Below are positions 54,221 through 62,658 of a DNA stretch of 64,000 nucleotides, piece after piece. How positions within the stretch are numbered: the first letter of the stretch is position 1; every line of letters starts with the position of its first letter. The stretch is from the NCBI GenBank assembly GCA_020636995.1, contig JACJWU010000005.1, forward strand, positions 130,331-194,330, given 5' to 3'. The notes beneath the pieces were generated by a model. That model saw only the letters and a list, made by a program, of their open reading frames with translations. It was not told the DNA's origin and did not search any database. The stretch comes from Actinomycetota bacterium (GTDB lineage: Bacteria > Actinomycetota > Actinomycetes > S36-B12 > UBA10799). The position numbers and the translations under genes were made by a program.

Positions 54221-55288
54221 ATGCCGCACATGACAGTGCCCGTGGTCTGGTCGGACGATTGCCTTCTGCATGTCCCGGGTGGGGAGGTGTGGGTTGGCGT
54301 CCACACGCCCGGGACCGAAGTACCCCAGCGGCTCGAGGCCATCCGTGTGGCGCTCGCCGAGGCCGGCCACCGGTTCGTCCCGGCAACCACTCACGGCGAC
54401 GCACCCTTGCTGGCGGTTCATGACCCCGAGTTGCTGGACTACCTGGCCGACGCCTACAACGGCTGGGTGGCCGCCGGCTTCCCGGTCGATCCCGGGCAGG
54501 ACCGGGTGGTGGGGTACCTGTTCCCGACCCCAGGCTTGCTAGCGGGGCTCCCACTGCGCACTCCCACGGCGGCGCACGCTCGTGCCGGGCGTTTCTGCTA
54601 CGACACGATGACGCTCGTCGGCCCCGACACCTACCGCGCAGCGCGCGCGGCGGCCGACGCCGCCCTCACCGCCGTGGATCTGGTCTGCGCAGGAGAACCC
54701 TCGGCGTACGCCGCCTGCCGCCCGCCCGGTCATCACGTCACCCGGGACGCCTTCGGGGGCTCCTGCTACCTGAACAATGCGGCGATCGCCGCCCAGGCGC
54801 TGCGCTCGGCGGATCATGACCGTGTGGCGGTGGTGGACATCGACGCGCATCACGCCAACGGGACGCAGTCGATCTTCTACGAGCGGTCGGACGTCATGGT
54901 GGTCTCAGTACACGTCGACCCGGGTGCCGGGTGGTTCCCGCACTACCTCGGGTTCGCCGACGAGACCGGACGCGGCGCCGGCGAGGGCGTGAACCTCAAC
55001 CTCCCCCTTCCGGAGGGCACCGGCGATCACGGGTGGCTGAGCGCGCTTGAGGCGGCACTGGAAGCGGTCGCGCGGTTCGAACCCGGCGCCGTTGTCCTCT
55101 CCCTCGGTGTGGATGCCGCGGCTGATGATCCCGAAAGCCCGCTGCGCGTCACTGCCGAGGGCTACCGCAGCGCTGCCCGACGAGTGGCTGCGCTCGGCGT
55201 CCCGGTCGTCGCCGTTCAGGAGGGTGGCTACCACCTCCCGACCCTCGGGCCCCTGGTGGCCGCGGCACTCGACGGCCTCGCGGGCTGA
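54221..55288 (+). CDS. Histone deacetylase-family (acetylpolyamine/acetoin-type) amidohydrolase
   Basis: CRPPGHHV...GSCYLNNAAIAAQ...VVDIDAHHANGTQSIFY...LSLGVDAAADDP is present. The start is the ATG at 54221, with an alternative at 54230. Confidence 0.8.
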   Translation: MPHMTVPVVWSDDCLLHVPGGEVWVGVHTPGTEVPQRLEAIRVALAEAGHRFVPATTHGDAPLLAVHDPELLDYLADAYNGWVAAGFPVDPGQDRVVGYLFPTPGLLAGLPLRTPTAAHARAGRFCYDTMTLVGPDTYRAARAAADAALTAVDLVCAGEPSAYAACRPPGHHVTRDAFGGSCYLNNAAIAAQALRSADHDRVAVVDIDAHHANGTQSIFYERSDVMVVSVHVDPGAGWFPHYLGFADETGRGAGEGVNLNLPLPEGTGDHGWLSALEAALEAVARFEPGAVVLSLGVDAAADDPESPLRVTAEGYRSAARRVAALGVPVVAVQEGGYHLPTLGPLVAAALDGLAG

Positions 55289-55294
55289 GACACG

Positions 55295-55486
55295 GAAGCA
55301 CCCGGTTAGACATCGGCACTCGCGTTAGACATCGGCACTCCCGTTAGACATCCAGCACTCCCGTTAGACAACGGCACTCCCGTTAGACAACGGCACTCCC
55401 GTTAGACAACGGCACTCCCGTTAGACAACGGCACTCCCGTTAGACAACGGCACTCCCGTTAGACATCCAGCACTCCCGTTAGACAT
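55295..55486 (+). repeat. Ten head-to-tail copies of a 19-20 bp unit (consensus CCCGTTAGACAACGGCACT)
   Basis: GTTAGA starts are at 55295, 55314, 55333, 55353, 55372, 55391, 55410, 55429, 55448 and 55468. The five central copies are identical. There are no spacers. Confidence 0.9.
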
Positions 55487-55500
55487 CCACGGCCGTATAG

Positions 55501-55554
55501 GGCTAACCGGGGTGCTCTTGTCTAACCAGGATTCCGATGTCTAACCAGGATTCC
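55501..55554 (+). repeat. Three inverted-core units (CTAAC) continuing the 19-bp register
   Basis: CTAAC is at 55503, 55522 and 55541. The last two are a 17-nt direct repeat, TGTCTAACCAGGATTCC (55519-55535 and 55538-55554). TGTCTAAC is the reverse complement of GTTAGACA. Confidence 0.75.
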
Positions 55555-55634
55555 CAGGACCAGCCGGGAGCGTGCGACAACCGGCGGGTGCACTTCACAC
55601 GGTTGGCGCTCCCGCCGGCGGGCATGATGGGCAC

Positions 55635-56702
55635 GTGAGGCTGACTGCTCGTGAAGTGCTTGCCGCCCGCATGGCCAACCTCCGGTTGAGCGTCCCCGGG
55701 GGCAGCGCGGCGGACGTGGCCGACTGGTGTGGGGCGCTGCAGGCTCAGGATCTCAGCAGCGGCAAGTGGTCGCTGGGTGTGCGTATGCGAGACGCCCGCG
55801 AAAACGCGGTGAACGACGCACTGGCACACGGCGAGGTACTGCGGACGTGGCCCATGCGCGGGACGATCCACATCATCCACACGGCCAATGCCCACTGGAT
55901 GCTCGATCTCACCGGACGCCGCGCCCTCAATGGCCTGCAGGCACGCTGGGACTACCTCGGGCTCGACAAGGCGACGGTGGACCGTGGGGCCGAGATTCTC
56001 GGCGAGACCCTGCGCGGCCGGCGCCTGACCCGCGCGCAGTGCCTCACGGCCCTGCAGGAGGCCGGGATAGACACCGATGGCCAGCGGGCCTACCACCTGC
56101 TCTGGTACGCCGCCCAGATCGGCGTGACCTGCATCGGACCCAACGAGGGCACCGAGCAGACCTTCGTGCTGCTGGACGAGTGGGCACCTCACCCCCGCAC
56201 ACTGAGCCGCGAGGATGCACTGGCGCGGATGGCCCGCATGTACTTCCAGAGTCACGGCCCTGCGACCCGGGCGGACTTCCAACGCTGGACCGGGTTGACC
56301 GCCACGGACTCCAAACGCGCTGTGGCCGGCGCCGACCTCACCGTGCTGACGCTCGACGGACAGGATCTGATCACAGTTCCCAGCGAGGCGCCCGATCCGC
56401 CGCGGATGCTGCTGCTGCCGGGTTTCGACGAGTTCATGCTCGGCTACAAGGACCGCTCGCTGTTCCTTGGCCCCGAGCACCTGCGTCGCGTGGTCCCCGG
56501 CATGAACGGAGTGTTCAAGTCCACGGTGGTCGAACGTGGCCGCGTGATCGGGACCTGGCAACGCAAGGTCATGGCGAAGTCGGTGCGTGTGACGGTCACC
56601 GGATTCGACCCGCTGAAACCCGCCCAGCGCAAGGCCGTGACGGCGCCCGCCGAGCAGTACGCAGCCTTCCTCAACACCGATCTCGACCTGCGGTTCGAAT
56701 GA
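55635..56702 (+). CDS. Winged-helix HTH_42 / DUF1006 protein (AlkZ/YcaQ-like DNA glycosylase family)
   Basis: (V)RLTAREVLAARMANLRLSV...WCGALQAQDLSSGKWSLGVR...LRTWPMRGTIHII is present. The ORF opens at 55572. I prefer the GTG at 55635 by N-terminal analogy. Confidence 0.65.
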   Translation: MRLTAREVLAARMANLRLSVPGGSAADVADWCGALQAQDLSSGKWSLGVRMRDARENAVNDALAHGEVLRTWPMRGTIHIIHTANAHWMLDLTGRRALNGLQARWDYLGLDKATVDRGAEILGETLRGRRLTRAQCLTALQEAGIDTDGQRAYHLLWYAAQIGVTCIGPNEGTEQTFVLLDEWAPHPRTLSREDALARMARMYFQSHGPATRADFQRWTGLTATDSKRAVAGADLTVLTLDGQDLITVPSEAPDPPRMLLLPGFDEFMLGYKDRSLFLGPEHLRRVVPGMNGVFKSTVVERGRVIGTWQRKVMAKSVRVTVTGFDPLKPAQRKAVTAPAEQYAAFLNTDLDLRFE

Positions 56703-56708
56703 ACACGC

Positions 56709-56740
56709 CCCGCAGCCTCCCCGAACCCGGCCGCTGCGGG
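56709..56740 (+). terminator. Hairpin after the HTH_42 gene
   Basis: CCCGCAGC-ctccccgaacccggcc-GCTGCGGG lies 7 nt after the stop. Confidence 0.45.
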
Positions 56741-56766
56741 CGCTAGCGTCCGGGACGGGAGGTCTC

Positions 56767-57894
56767 ATGGCCAAGTCCGACAACACGCCGCCGCCGAGCC
56801 TGGAGCCCGGCGCCCTCAGCGGGCCCTTGGGCGCATGGTTCAAGCGTCCGCTCTCGCCGTGGAGTGCACACGCGTTCACGGTGGCCATCGTGCTGATCCT
56901 GCTGGCGTGGCTGACGACAACGTTGCTTGGCCGGGTCTGGTACCTGCTGTGGTGGTTCATCATCGCCGCGTTCCTCTACTTCGCCATGGCGCCGGCGGTC
57001 GGCTGGTTGGTCGGCAAAGGACTCAAGCGCGGCCTGGCCACCGCAGTGGTGATGCTCGGGCTGGTGGCGAGCATCCTCGTCCTGCTGATCGCGATGACCC
57101 CGCTGATCGTCGGTGAGATCGAAACCGCCATCAAGGACGCGCCGGCACTGCTCACCGCGATCAAGGACTTCGCCAGCACGTTCGGCGTGAACATCGACTT
57201 GTCGTCCAACAGCCAGCAGATGCAGCAGGCCCTGTCTGCCCTGCAGGGTCACCTCCCCGATATCGCCGGCGGCGCGGTCAGCATCACGAGCGCACTGGTC
57301 GGTGGTCTCTTCGAGTTCTTCGTGGTGCTGTTGTTCACGTTCTTCCTGCTGGCCAACCAGGACAAGTTCCGCCGGTTCGTGCTGTCATTCCTGTCCCCCG
57401 GCACACAATCCGTGGTGGGTCAGGCGTGGGACATCGCCATCTACAAGACCGGGGGCTATCTGTACTCGCGGATCCTCACGTCCTTCCTCGCGGGCACCGT
57501 GGTGGGCGTGACCCTGTGGCTGCTCGATTGCCCGTACGCGTTGGCCCTGGCGATCTGGTACGGACTGGTGTCCCAGTTCCTCCCGATGATCGGGACCTAC
57601 GTCGCCGCCGCGCTGCCCTTGATCATCCTGGTGACCCGGGACCCGATACATGCGGCGATCTTCATCCTCGTACTGGCCGCCTGGATCCCCTTCCAGGACT
57701 ATGTGATCAGCCCCCGGGTCTCTGCGAAGACCATGTCGCTGTCCCCGGCCAGCGCCTTGATCGCCCTGCTTGCCGGCGGTGCCCTGTTCGGCGCGCTCGG
57801 CGCCTTCCTCGCCCTACCTGCGGCCGCGGTCATCCAGAGCGTGGCCACGGCGTTCTTCCCGCGGCACGAGGTGGTCGAGAGCGCAGCGGGCTAG
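56767..57894 (+). CDS. AI-2E family transporter (PerM/UPF0118)
   Basis: 375 aa and polytopic, with the typical C-terminal pattern WYGLVSQFLPMIGTYVAAALP...PRVSAKTMSLSPASALIALLAGGALFGALGAFLALPAAA. Confidence 0.85.
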   Translation: MAKSDNTPPPSLEPGALSGPLGAWFKRPLSPWSAHAFTVAIVLILLAWLTTTLLGRVWYLLWWFIIAAFLYFAMAPAVGWLVGKGLKRGLATAVVMLGLVASILVLLIAMTPLIVGEIETAIKDAPALLTAIKDFASTFGVNIDLSSNSQQMQQALSALQGHLPDIAGGAVSITSALVGGLFEFFVVLLFTFFLLANQDKFRRFVLSFLSPGTQSVVGQAWDIAIYKTGGYLYSRILTSFLAGTVVGVTLWLLDCPYALALAIWYGLVSQFLPMIGTYVAAALPLIILVTRDPIHAAIFILVLAAWIPFQDYVISPRVSAKTMSLSPASALIALLAGGALFGALGAFLALPAAAVIQSVATAFFPRHEVVESAAG

Positions 57895-57915
57895 CGGGGT
57901 TTCCGCAGACAGCCG

Positions 57916-58500
57916 TCAGTCCCGCACTGCCAGCACCACCGTGTCCAGGGCGACCCCGGCCGGGGTTTGTCGCTGAGCGACCTCTGCGACCTCGACGCGC
58001 AGACCCTCCAGTGCCTGGACGGTCTGGTCCAGCGTGTAGCACACCCCCGGATCGGGCGGTCCTCCGACGGTGTTCGATTTGTCGTGCGCCACGACAAGCA
58101 CGATGCCGCCCGGCTGCAGCCATTCGCGCACACGGCGCAGAAGGCGGCGCTGGTGTTCGTCCGGGATCTGCAGGTAGGACAGCAGCACCAGATCGACCTG
58201 GGTCACCGGCGTGTAGGTCTCCACGTCGCTGACCACTGTCGCCAACTCGACCTCGGCGTCGAAGGCCATCCGGCGAGCCTTCTCCAACCCCACAGCAGAG
58301 AAGTCGACTGCGGTGACGTCCCACCCCTGCAGCGCGAGCCACACCGCGTTGCGGCCCTCCCCGGCACCGAGGTCGAGTGCCGCTCCGGGTGTCCGTCCGG
58401 TCAGGTGGGCGGCGACGAACACATTGGGTTCACCACTCCACACCAACTCCGAGTCCGCGTACCGTTCGTCCCAGCCTTCGGCATCCACGAGTTCATTCAA
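57916..58500 (-). CDS. Class I SAM-dependent methyltransferase
   Basis: This is the C-terminal part of the long ORF 57916..60276. [17 protein letters not shown]...[28 protein letters not shown] is present. The start is uncertain (TTG 58500 or GTG 58488). The rest of that ORF is antisense to pgm. Confidence 0.65.
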   Translation of the reverse strand: MNELVDAEGWDERYADSELVWSGEPNVFVAAHLTGRTPGAALDLGAGEGRNAVWLALQGWDVTAVDFSAVGLEKARRMAFDAEVELATVVSDVETYTPVTQVDLVLLSYLQIPDEHQRRLLRRVREWLQPGGIVLVVAHDKSNTVGGPPDPGVCYTLDQTVQALEGLRVEVAEVAQRQTPAGVALDTVVLAVRD

Positions 58501-58527
58501 CCAGTGCGGCCGACTACCCTGCGAATC

Positions 58528-60153
58528 ATGAGCGATCCCCGCGCCGGCACCCCCGCCCTGCCCGACGACCTCGTCGACGTCTCCCGGCTGATCACCGCGT
58601 ATTACACCGAACACCCCGATCCCGACGACCCTGCCCAGCAGGTGAGCTTCGGGACCTCCGGGCACCGCGGCTCCAGTTTGCGCACCAGCTTCAACGACGA
58701 TCACATCGCCGCCACCACCCAGGCCATCTGCGAGTACCGCGCGGGACAGGGCATCGACGGACCGTTGCTCATCGGCCGCGACACCCACGGCCTGTCCGAG
58801 CCGGCCTACGCAACGGCGCTCGAGGTGCTCGTCGCCAACGGCGTCCAGGTCCTGGTCGACAGCGCCGACGGATTCGTCCCCACGCCGGCGATCAGCCACG
58901 CGATCCTCACGCTCAACCGCGAAGGCCGCAACGCCGACGGGATCGTGATCACGCCCTCGCACAATCCGCCGTCCGACGGCGGATTCAAGTACAACCCCCC
59001 CGACGGCGGTCCGGCCGACACCGCGATCACGAAGTCGGTTCAGGACCGTGCGAACGCCTTGCTGCGCGCCGGGCTGCAGGGGGTTCGGCGGGTACCCCTG
59101 TCCACGGCACGCGCATCCCTGCAGACCTTCGACTTCATCTCCGACTACGTCGACGACCTGCCGACGATCCTCGACATCGAGGCGATCAAGGCAGCCGGCG
59201 TGCGAATCGGTGCCGACCCCCTTGGCGGCGCGAGCGTCGCCTATTGGGGCGCGATCGCCGATCGGTTCGGTCTCGACCTCACAGTCGTCAACCCCCGCAC
59301 CGACCCGCAGTTCGCCTTCATGACGCTGGACTGGGACGGCAAGATCCGCATGGATTGCTCCTCCCCGTCGGCCATGGCCTCGCTGGTGGCGGCCAAGGAT
59401 CAGTACCAGGTCGCGACAGGAAACGACGCGGACTCCGACCGCCATGGCATCGTAACCCCCGACGCCGGCCTGATGAACCCCAACCATTACCTGTCGGTGG
59501 CGATCGACTACTTGCTCAGCCACCGCCCCGGCTGGTCGCCGGACGCTGCTGTGGGCAAGACGCTGGTGAGTTCCTCGATGATCGACCGCGTGGTACGGGC
59601 CCGCGGCCGACAGGTCCTGGAGGTCCCGGTCGGATTCAAGTGGTTCGTGCCCGGCCTGCTCAGCGGCGACGTGGTGTTCGGCGGCGAGGAGTCGGCGGGT
59701 GCATCGTTCCTGCGCAAGGACGGCACCACCTGGACCACGGACAAGGACGGCATCCTGCTGGCGCTGCTGGCCAGCGAGATCATCGCCGTGACCGGCGAAT
59801 CTCCCAGCCGTCACTACGCCGCGCTGACAGAGCAGTTCGGCACCGCCTACTACGCCAGGATCGACGCGCCTGCCACGCGTGATCAGAAGGCGAAACTGGC
59901 TGCCCTCAGCGCCGATCAGGTGACGGCCACCGAGTTGGCCGGCGATGCGATCACGAAGGTGCTGACCGAAGCACCCGGCAACGGTGCACCCATCGGTGGA
60001 CTGAAGGTCGAAACCGACCGCGCCTGGTTCGCGGCGCGACCTTCCGGCACGGAGGACGTGTACAAGATCTACGCGGAGAGCTGGATCAGCCAAGAGCATC
60101 TGGGCCAGGTGCAGGACGCGGCCCGGGCACTGGTGACGGAGACCCTCGCATGA
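58528..60153 (+). CDS. pgm: Phosphoglucomutase (alpha-D-glucose phosphate-specific)
   Basis: [26 protein letters not shown]...[10 protein letters not shown] carries the catalytic Ser loop, and [10 protein letters not shown] is the metal-binding loop. It is 541 aa. Confidence 0.9.
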   Translation: MSDPRAGTPALPDDLVDVSRLITAYYTEHPDPDDPAQQVSFGTSGHRGSSLRTSFNDDHIAATTQAICEYRAGQGIDGPLLIGRDTHGLSEPAYATALEVLVANGVQVLVDSADGFVPTPAISHAILTLNREGRNADGIVITPSHNPPSDGGFKYNPPDGGPADTAITKSVQDRANALLRAGLQGVRRVPLSTARASLQTFDFISDYVDDLPTILDIEAIKAAGVRIGADPLGGASVAYWGAIADRFGLDLTVVNPRTDPQFAFMTLDWDGKIRMDCSSPSAMASLVAAKDQYQVATGNDADSDRHGIVTPDAGLMNPNHYLSVAIDYLLSHRPGWSPDAAVGKTLVSSSMIDRVVRARGRQVLEVPVGFKWFVPGLLSGDVVFGGEESAGASFLRKDGTTWTTDKDGILLALLASEIIAVTGESPSRHYAALTEQFGTAYYARIDAPATRDQKAKLAALSADQVTATELAGDAITKVLTEAPGNGAPIGGLKVETDRAWFAARPSGTEDVYKIYAESWISQEHLGQVQDAARALVTETLA

Positions 60154-60776
60154 GCGCCATCGTGCTGGGGGTGGGTCCCGGGCTGGGAATGGCACTCGCC
60201 AGGGCATATTCGCTGACCGGCCGCAGGGTGGCGGTCGTCTCGAGGCGCGAGCAGGACGCGGCGGATTTCGCCGCACAGTTGCCAGGCGCTGCGGGATTCG
60301 CAGCCGATCTCGGCGATCCCGCAGCGGTCACCGATGTCGTCCGCCGCGCCGCCGGCGAACTGGGAGCCCCGGACATCGTGCACTACAACGCATCGGTGCT
60401 GCTCGAGGGCACCCCGAGTCAGGTGGGCCTGGACGCGGTGGAGACCTCCTGGCGGGTCGGGTGCCTGGGGGCATGGGCGGCGCTGCAGGCGGCCGTGCCG
60501 CTGATGGATGACGGCTCCGCGTTCTTCGTGACAGGCGGTGGGCTCGCCCTGGAACCGTGGCCGCCCGCCAGCGCGCTGGCGTCGGCGAAGGCGGCGCTTC
60601 GCAACATGGTTCAGGCTGCGGCCAAAGAACTGCCCGACCTACGGATCGCGATGATCACGATCATGGGCGTGATCAAGGAGGGGACGGAACTGTCTCCCGA
60701 TGAGATCGCCCGCTACTTCCTGTCCCTGCTGGAAGAGAGCGCGCCAGCGGTCGAGACCATCCTCCCCGTCCAGTAG
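60150..60776 (+). CDS. Short-chain dehydrogenase/reductase-like protein
   Basis: [20 protein letters not shown] is a Gly-rich NAD(P) loop. The ATG overlaps the pgm stop (ATGA). Confidence 0.7.
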   Translation: MSAIVLGVGPGLGMALARAYSLTGRRVAVVSRREQDAADFAAQLPGAAGFAADLGDPAAVTDVVRRAAGELGAPDIVHYNASVLLEGTPSQVGLDAVETSWRVGCLGAWAALQAAVPLMDDGSAFFVTGGGLALEPWPPASALASAKAALRNMVQAAAKELPDLRIAMITIMGVIKEGTELSPDEIARYFLSLLEESAPAVETILPVQ

Positions 60777-60796
60777 CGCAGGAATAGGCTCACGTT

Positions 60797-61177
60797 GTGA
60801 CGAGGCTCGTCCTGGCCCTGGTGCTGGCCGCGATCGCGGTCTACGTGATCATGCGGATCTCCCGGGCACAGTCGCCGTCGGTCACGTCGTCGTCCTTGCC
60901 CGCCCTCGACGCCGCAGACCTGCAGGAGTCCGCCGCGATCGCCTACGGGCCGGATCGTGGCTACGGGGTTCTTCGGCTGACTCCGAGCCAGTTGGTCTTC
61001 GCCGCCAACTCCGGGCGGGTGCTCACCATCGAACGCCTGGACATCACCGGCGCCACTGTCACCAAGTCATTGCCCGACCACGAGTCCGCACAGCCGGTGC
61101 TCGCGGTGAGCACCCGTGACGGGATGCACTACTTCTCCGTCAACGATCCGGTGGCGTGGGAACTGCGCCTGCTCTGA
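60797..61177 (+). CDS. Membrane-anchored hypothetical protein (possible bacterial PH/GRAM-like domain)
   Basis: The start is a GTG. The TM helix is LVLALVLAAIAVYVIM. The C-terminal part is YGVLRLTPSQLVFAANSGRVLTIERLDITGATV. The family call is weak. Confidence 0.4.
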   Translation: MTRLVLALVLAAIAVYVIMRISRAQSPSVTSSSLPALDAADLQESAAIAYGPDRGYGVLRLTPSQLVFAANSGRVLTIERLDITGATVTKSLPDHESAQPVLAVSTRDGMHYFSVNDPVAWELRLL

Positions 61178-61253
61178 AGCGGGCGCCGTTCGCCGCCACC
61201 GGAGGCACCCGCGCGCCGCGAACTGGCCGCACCGGAGGCACCCGCGCGTTGAC

Positions 61254-61302
61254 TGATGCGCGGTTACGTGTTTCCTGCCCTGGAATCGGTAACCGCGCAG
61301 CA
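61254..61302 (+). repeat. Copy 3 of the TGCGCGGTTAC ... GTAACCGCGCA hairpin
   Basis: TGATGCGCGGTTACG-tgtttcctgccctggaat-CGGTAACCGCGCAGCA lies between convergent genes (61177 and 61316). It is preceded by a 19-nt direct repeat, CACCGGAGGCACCCGCGCG, at 61197 and 61230. Confidence 0.7.
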
Positions 61303-61315
61303 TTCAAGACCGGGG

Positions 61316-61807
61316 CTACAGGAACAGCACCATCCGCGTGTTCCCCAGGGTGTTGGGTCGCACTCGTTCGAGGTCGAGGAATTCGGCGACGCCTTCGTCC
61401 GGGGATCGCAGCAACTCCTCGTAGACCCGGGCTTCCACCCCGCGCTCATCGAACTGCTGGAAGCCGAAGGCCGCGAAGAACTCCGTCTCGAACGTGAGGC
61501 AGAACACCCGGGAGACGCCCAGGTCGCGCGCCCGCTCGACAAGGGCCGCCAGCACCGCAGAGCCGATCCCCCGGCGCACGAGGTGTGGTAGCACAGCCAG
61601 CGTGCGCACCTCCGCGAGGTCCTCCCACATCACATGCAGTGCGCCGCAGCCCACCACCGCCCCCCGGTCGTCGGCAACGAAGAAGTCGGTCACATCCTCG
61701 TACAGGGTCACGGTGGCTTTCGAGAGCAAGCGCCGGTCGGGTGCGTACTGGTCGACCAACTCACGGATGATCCGCACATCCTGGGTGCGGGCGGGCCTGA
61801 CCTGCAT
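61316..61807 (-). CDS. GNAT-family amino-acid N-acetyltransferase (short ArgA-like, Rv2747-like)
   Basis: MQVRPARTQDVRIIRELVDQYA...VVGCGALHVMWEDLAEVRTLAV...RRGIGSAVLAAL is present. The start is the ATG at 61807 within ORF 61316..61879. Confidence 0.65.
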   Translation of the reverse strand: MQVRPARTQDVRIIRELVDQYAPDRRLLSKATVTLYEDVTDFFVADDRGAVVGCGALHVMWEDLAEVRTLAVLPHLVRRGIGSAVLAALVERARDLGVSRVFCLTFETEFFAAFGFQQFDERGVEARVYEELLRSPDEGVAEFLDLERVRPNTLGNTRMVLFL

Positions 61808-61857
61808 GGCACCAGTCTTGCGGGTGGGATCAGCAGCCTCGCGGCGGGGTCGGCGGC

Positions 61858-61906
61858 GAAGGTTGAATGAAAACGTCAATTCAGTTGTCGATTTCGTTCA
61901 ACCTTC
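61858..61906. promoter_or_regulatory. AT-rich long hairpin between the coaX stop and the GNAT start
   Basis: GAAGGTTGAATGAAAACG-tcaattcagttgt-CGATTTCGTTCAACCTTC has 18-nt arms with 2 mismatches. The outer 10 nt are perfect (61858-61867 and 61897-61906). The right arm abuts the coaX stop codon. Confidence 0.5.
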
Positions 61907-62658
61907 TACACGTTCTTCTCGAACACCAGCCGCAGCCCGATCAAGGTCAGGTCTGGCTCGTGGGCGGTGATCGTCCGCGACTCCGGCAGCACCACCTCGG
62001 CCAGCCCCCCGGTGGCGATGACCGCACCCAGCGGCAGTTCCTCGTTGATGCGGTCCACCAGCCCGTCCACCTGGCCGGCGAAACCGTACAGCGCCCCGGA
62101 CTGCAGCGCCTCGACGGTGTTCTTCCCGATCACCGATCGGGGCGCGACCAGCTCGACCTTGCGCAGGGCGGCAGCCCGGGCGGCCAATGCGTCCAGCGAG
62201 ATCTCTATCCCTGGGGCGAGGGCTCCTCCGAGGAACTCACCCTTGGCCGACACGACGTCGAGGTTCGTGGAGGTCCCGAAATCGACCACCACACACGGTC
62301 CGCCGTACAAGGTGTGTGCGGCCAAAGTGTTGACGATCCGGTCGGCGCCCACCTCCTTCGGGTTGTCCGTAAGGATCGGCACTCCGGTCTTCGTGCCGGG
62401 CTCGACGATCACGGTAGGAGTGTCGGGGTAGTACTCGCCGATCATCCACCGGATCTCCCGCAGCACCGCGGGCACCGTCGAGCACAGAGCGATCCCATCG
62501 GGCTCCGGGTGTCCGCGCAGCAACGCGCGGAACAGGATGAACATCTCGTCGGCGGTCGCGCGTGGATCGGTCTTGACCCGGAAGGCCCGCTGCAACTGCT
62601 CGCCTTGGAACAGCCCCAGCACAGTGTTGGTGTTGCCGATGTCGATCGTGAGCAGCAT
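61906..62658 (-). CDS. coaX: Type III pantothenate kinase
   Basis: MLLTIDIGNTNTVLGLF...VVDFGTSTNLDVV...IATGG is present. The ATG overlaps the nadC stop by 1 nt (TGATG). Confidence 0.85.
   Translation of the reverse strand: MLLTIDIGNTNTVLGLFQGEQLQRAFRVKTDPRATADEMFILFRALLRGHPEPDGIALCSTVPAVLREIRWMIGEYYPDTPTVIVEPGTKTGVPILTDNPKEVGADRIVNTLAAHTLYGGPCVVVDFGTSTNLDVVSAKGEFLGGALAPGIEISLDALAARAAALRKVELVAPRSVIGKNTVEALQSGALYGFAGQVDGLVDRINEELPLGAVIATGGLAEVVLPESRTITAHEPDLTLIGLRLVFEKNV

Noticed and set aside
55295-55486. The 19-bp array considered as a CRISPR array.
   Set aside because: The units are contiguous with no unique spacers, the unit is shorter than typical CRISPR repeats, and there are no cas genes in the window.
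55295-55554. The array considered as a replication origin or DnaA-box cluster (TTGTCTAAC compared with the actinobacterial DnaA box TTGTCCACA).
   Set aside because: Only 6 of 9 positions match. There is no dnaA/dnaN context and no AT-rich unwinding element. The similarity is too weak.
61868-61896. TGAAT...ATTCA inside the AT-rich hairpin, considered as an ArgR ARG box upstream of the ArgA-like gene.
   Set aside because: The half-sites are separated by 10 nt rather than the approximately 4 nt of the canonical 18-bp ARG box, and actinobacterial ARG boxes that I recall have a different sequence.
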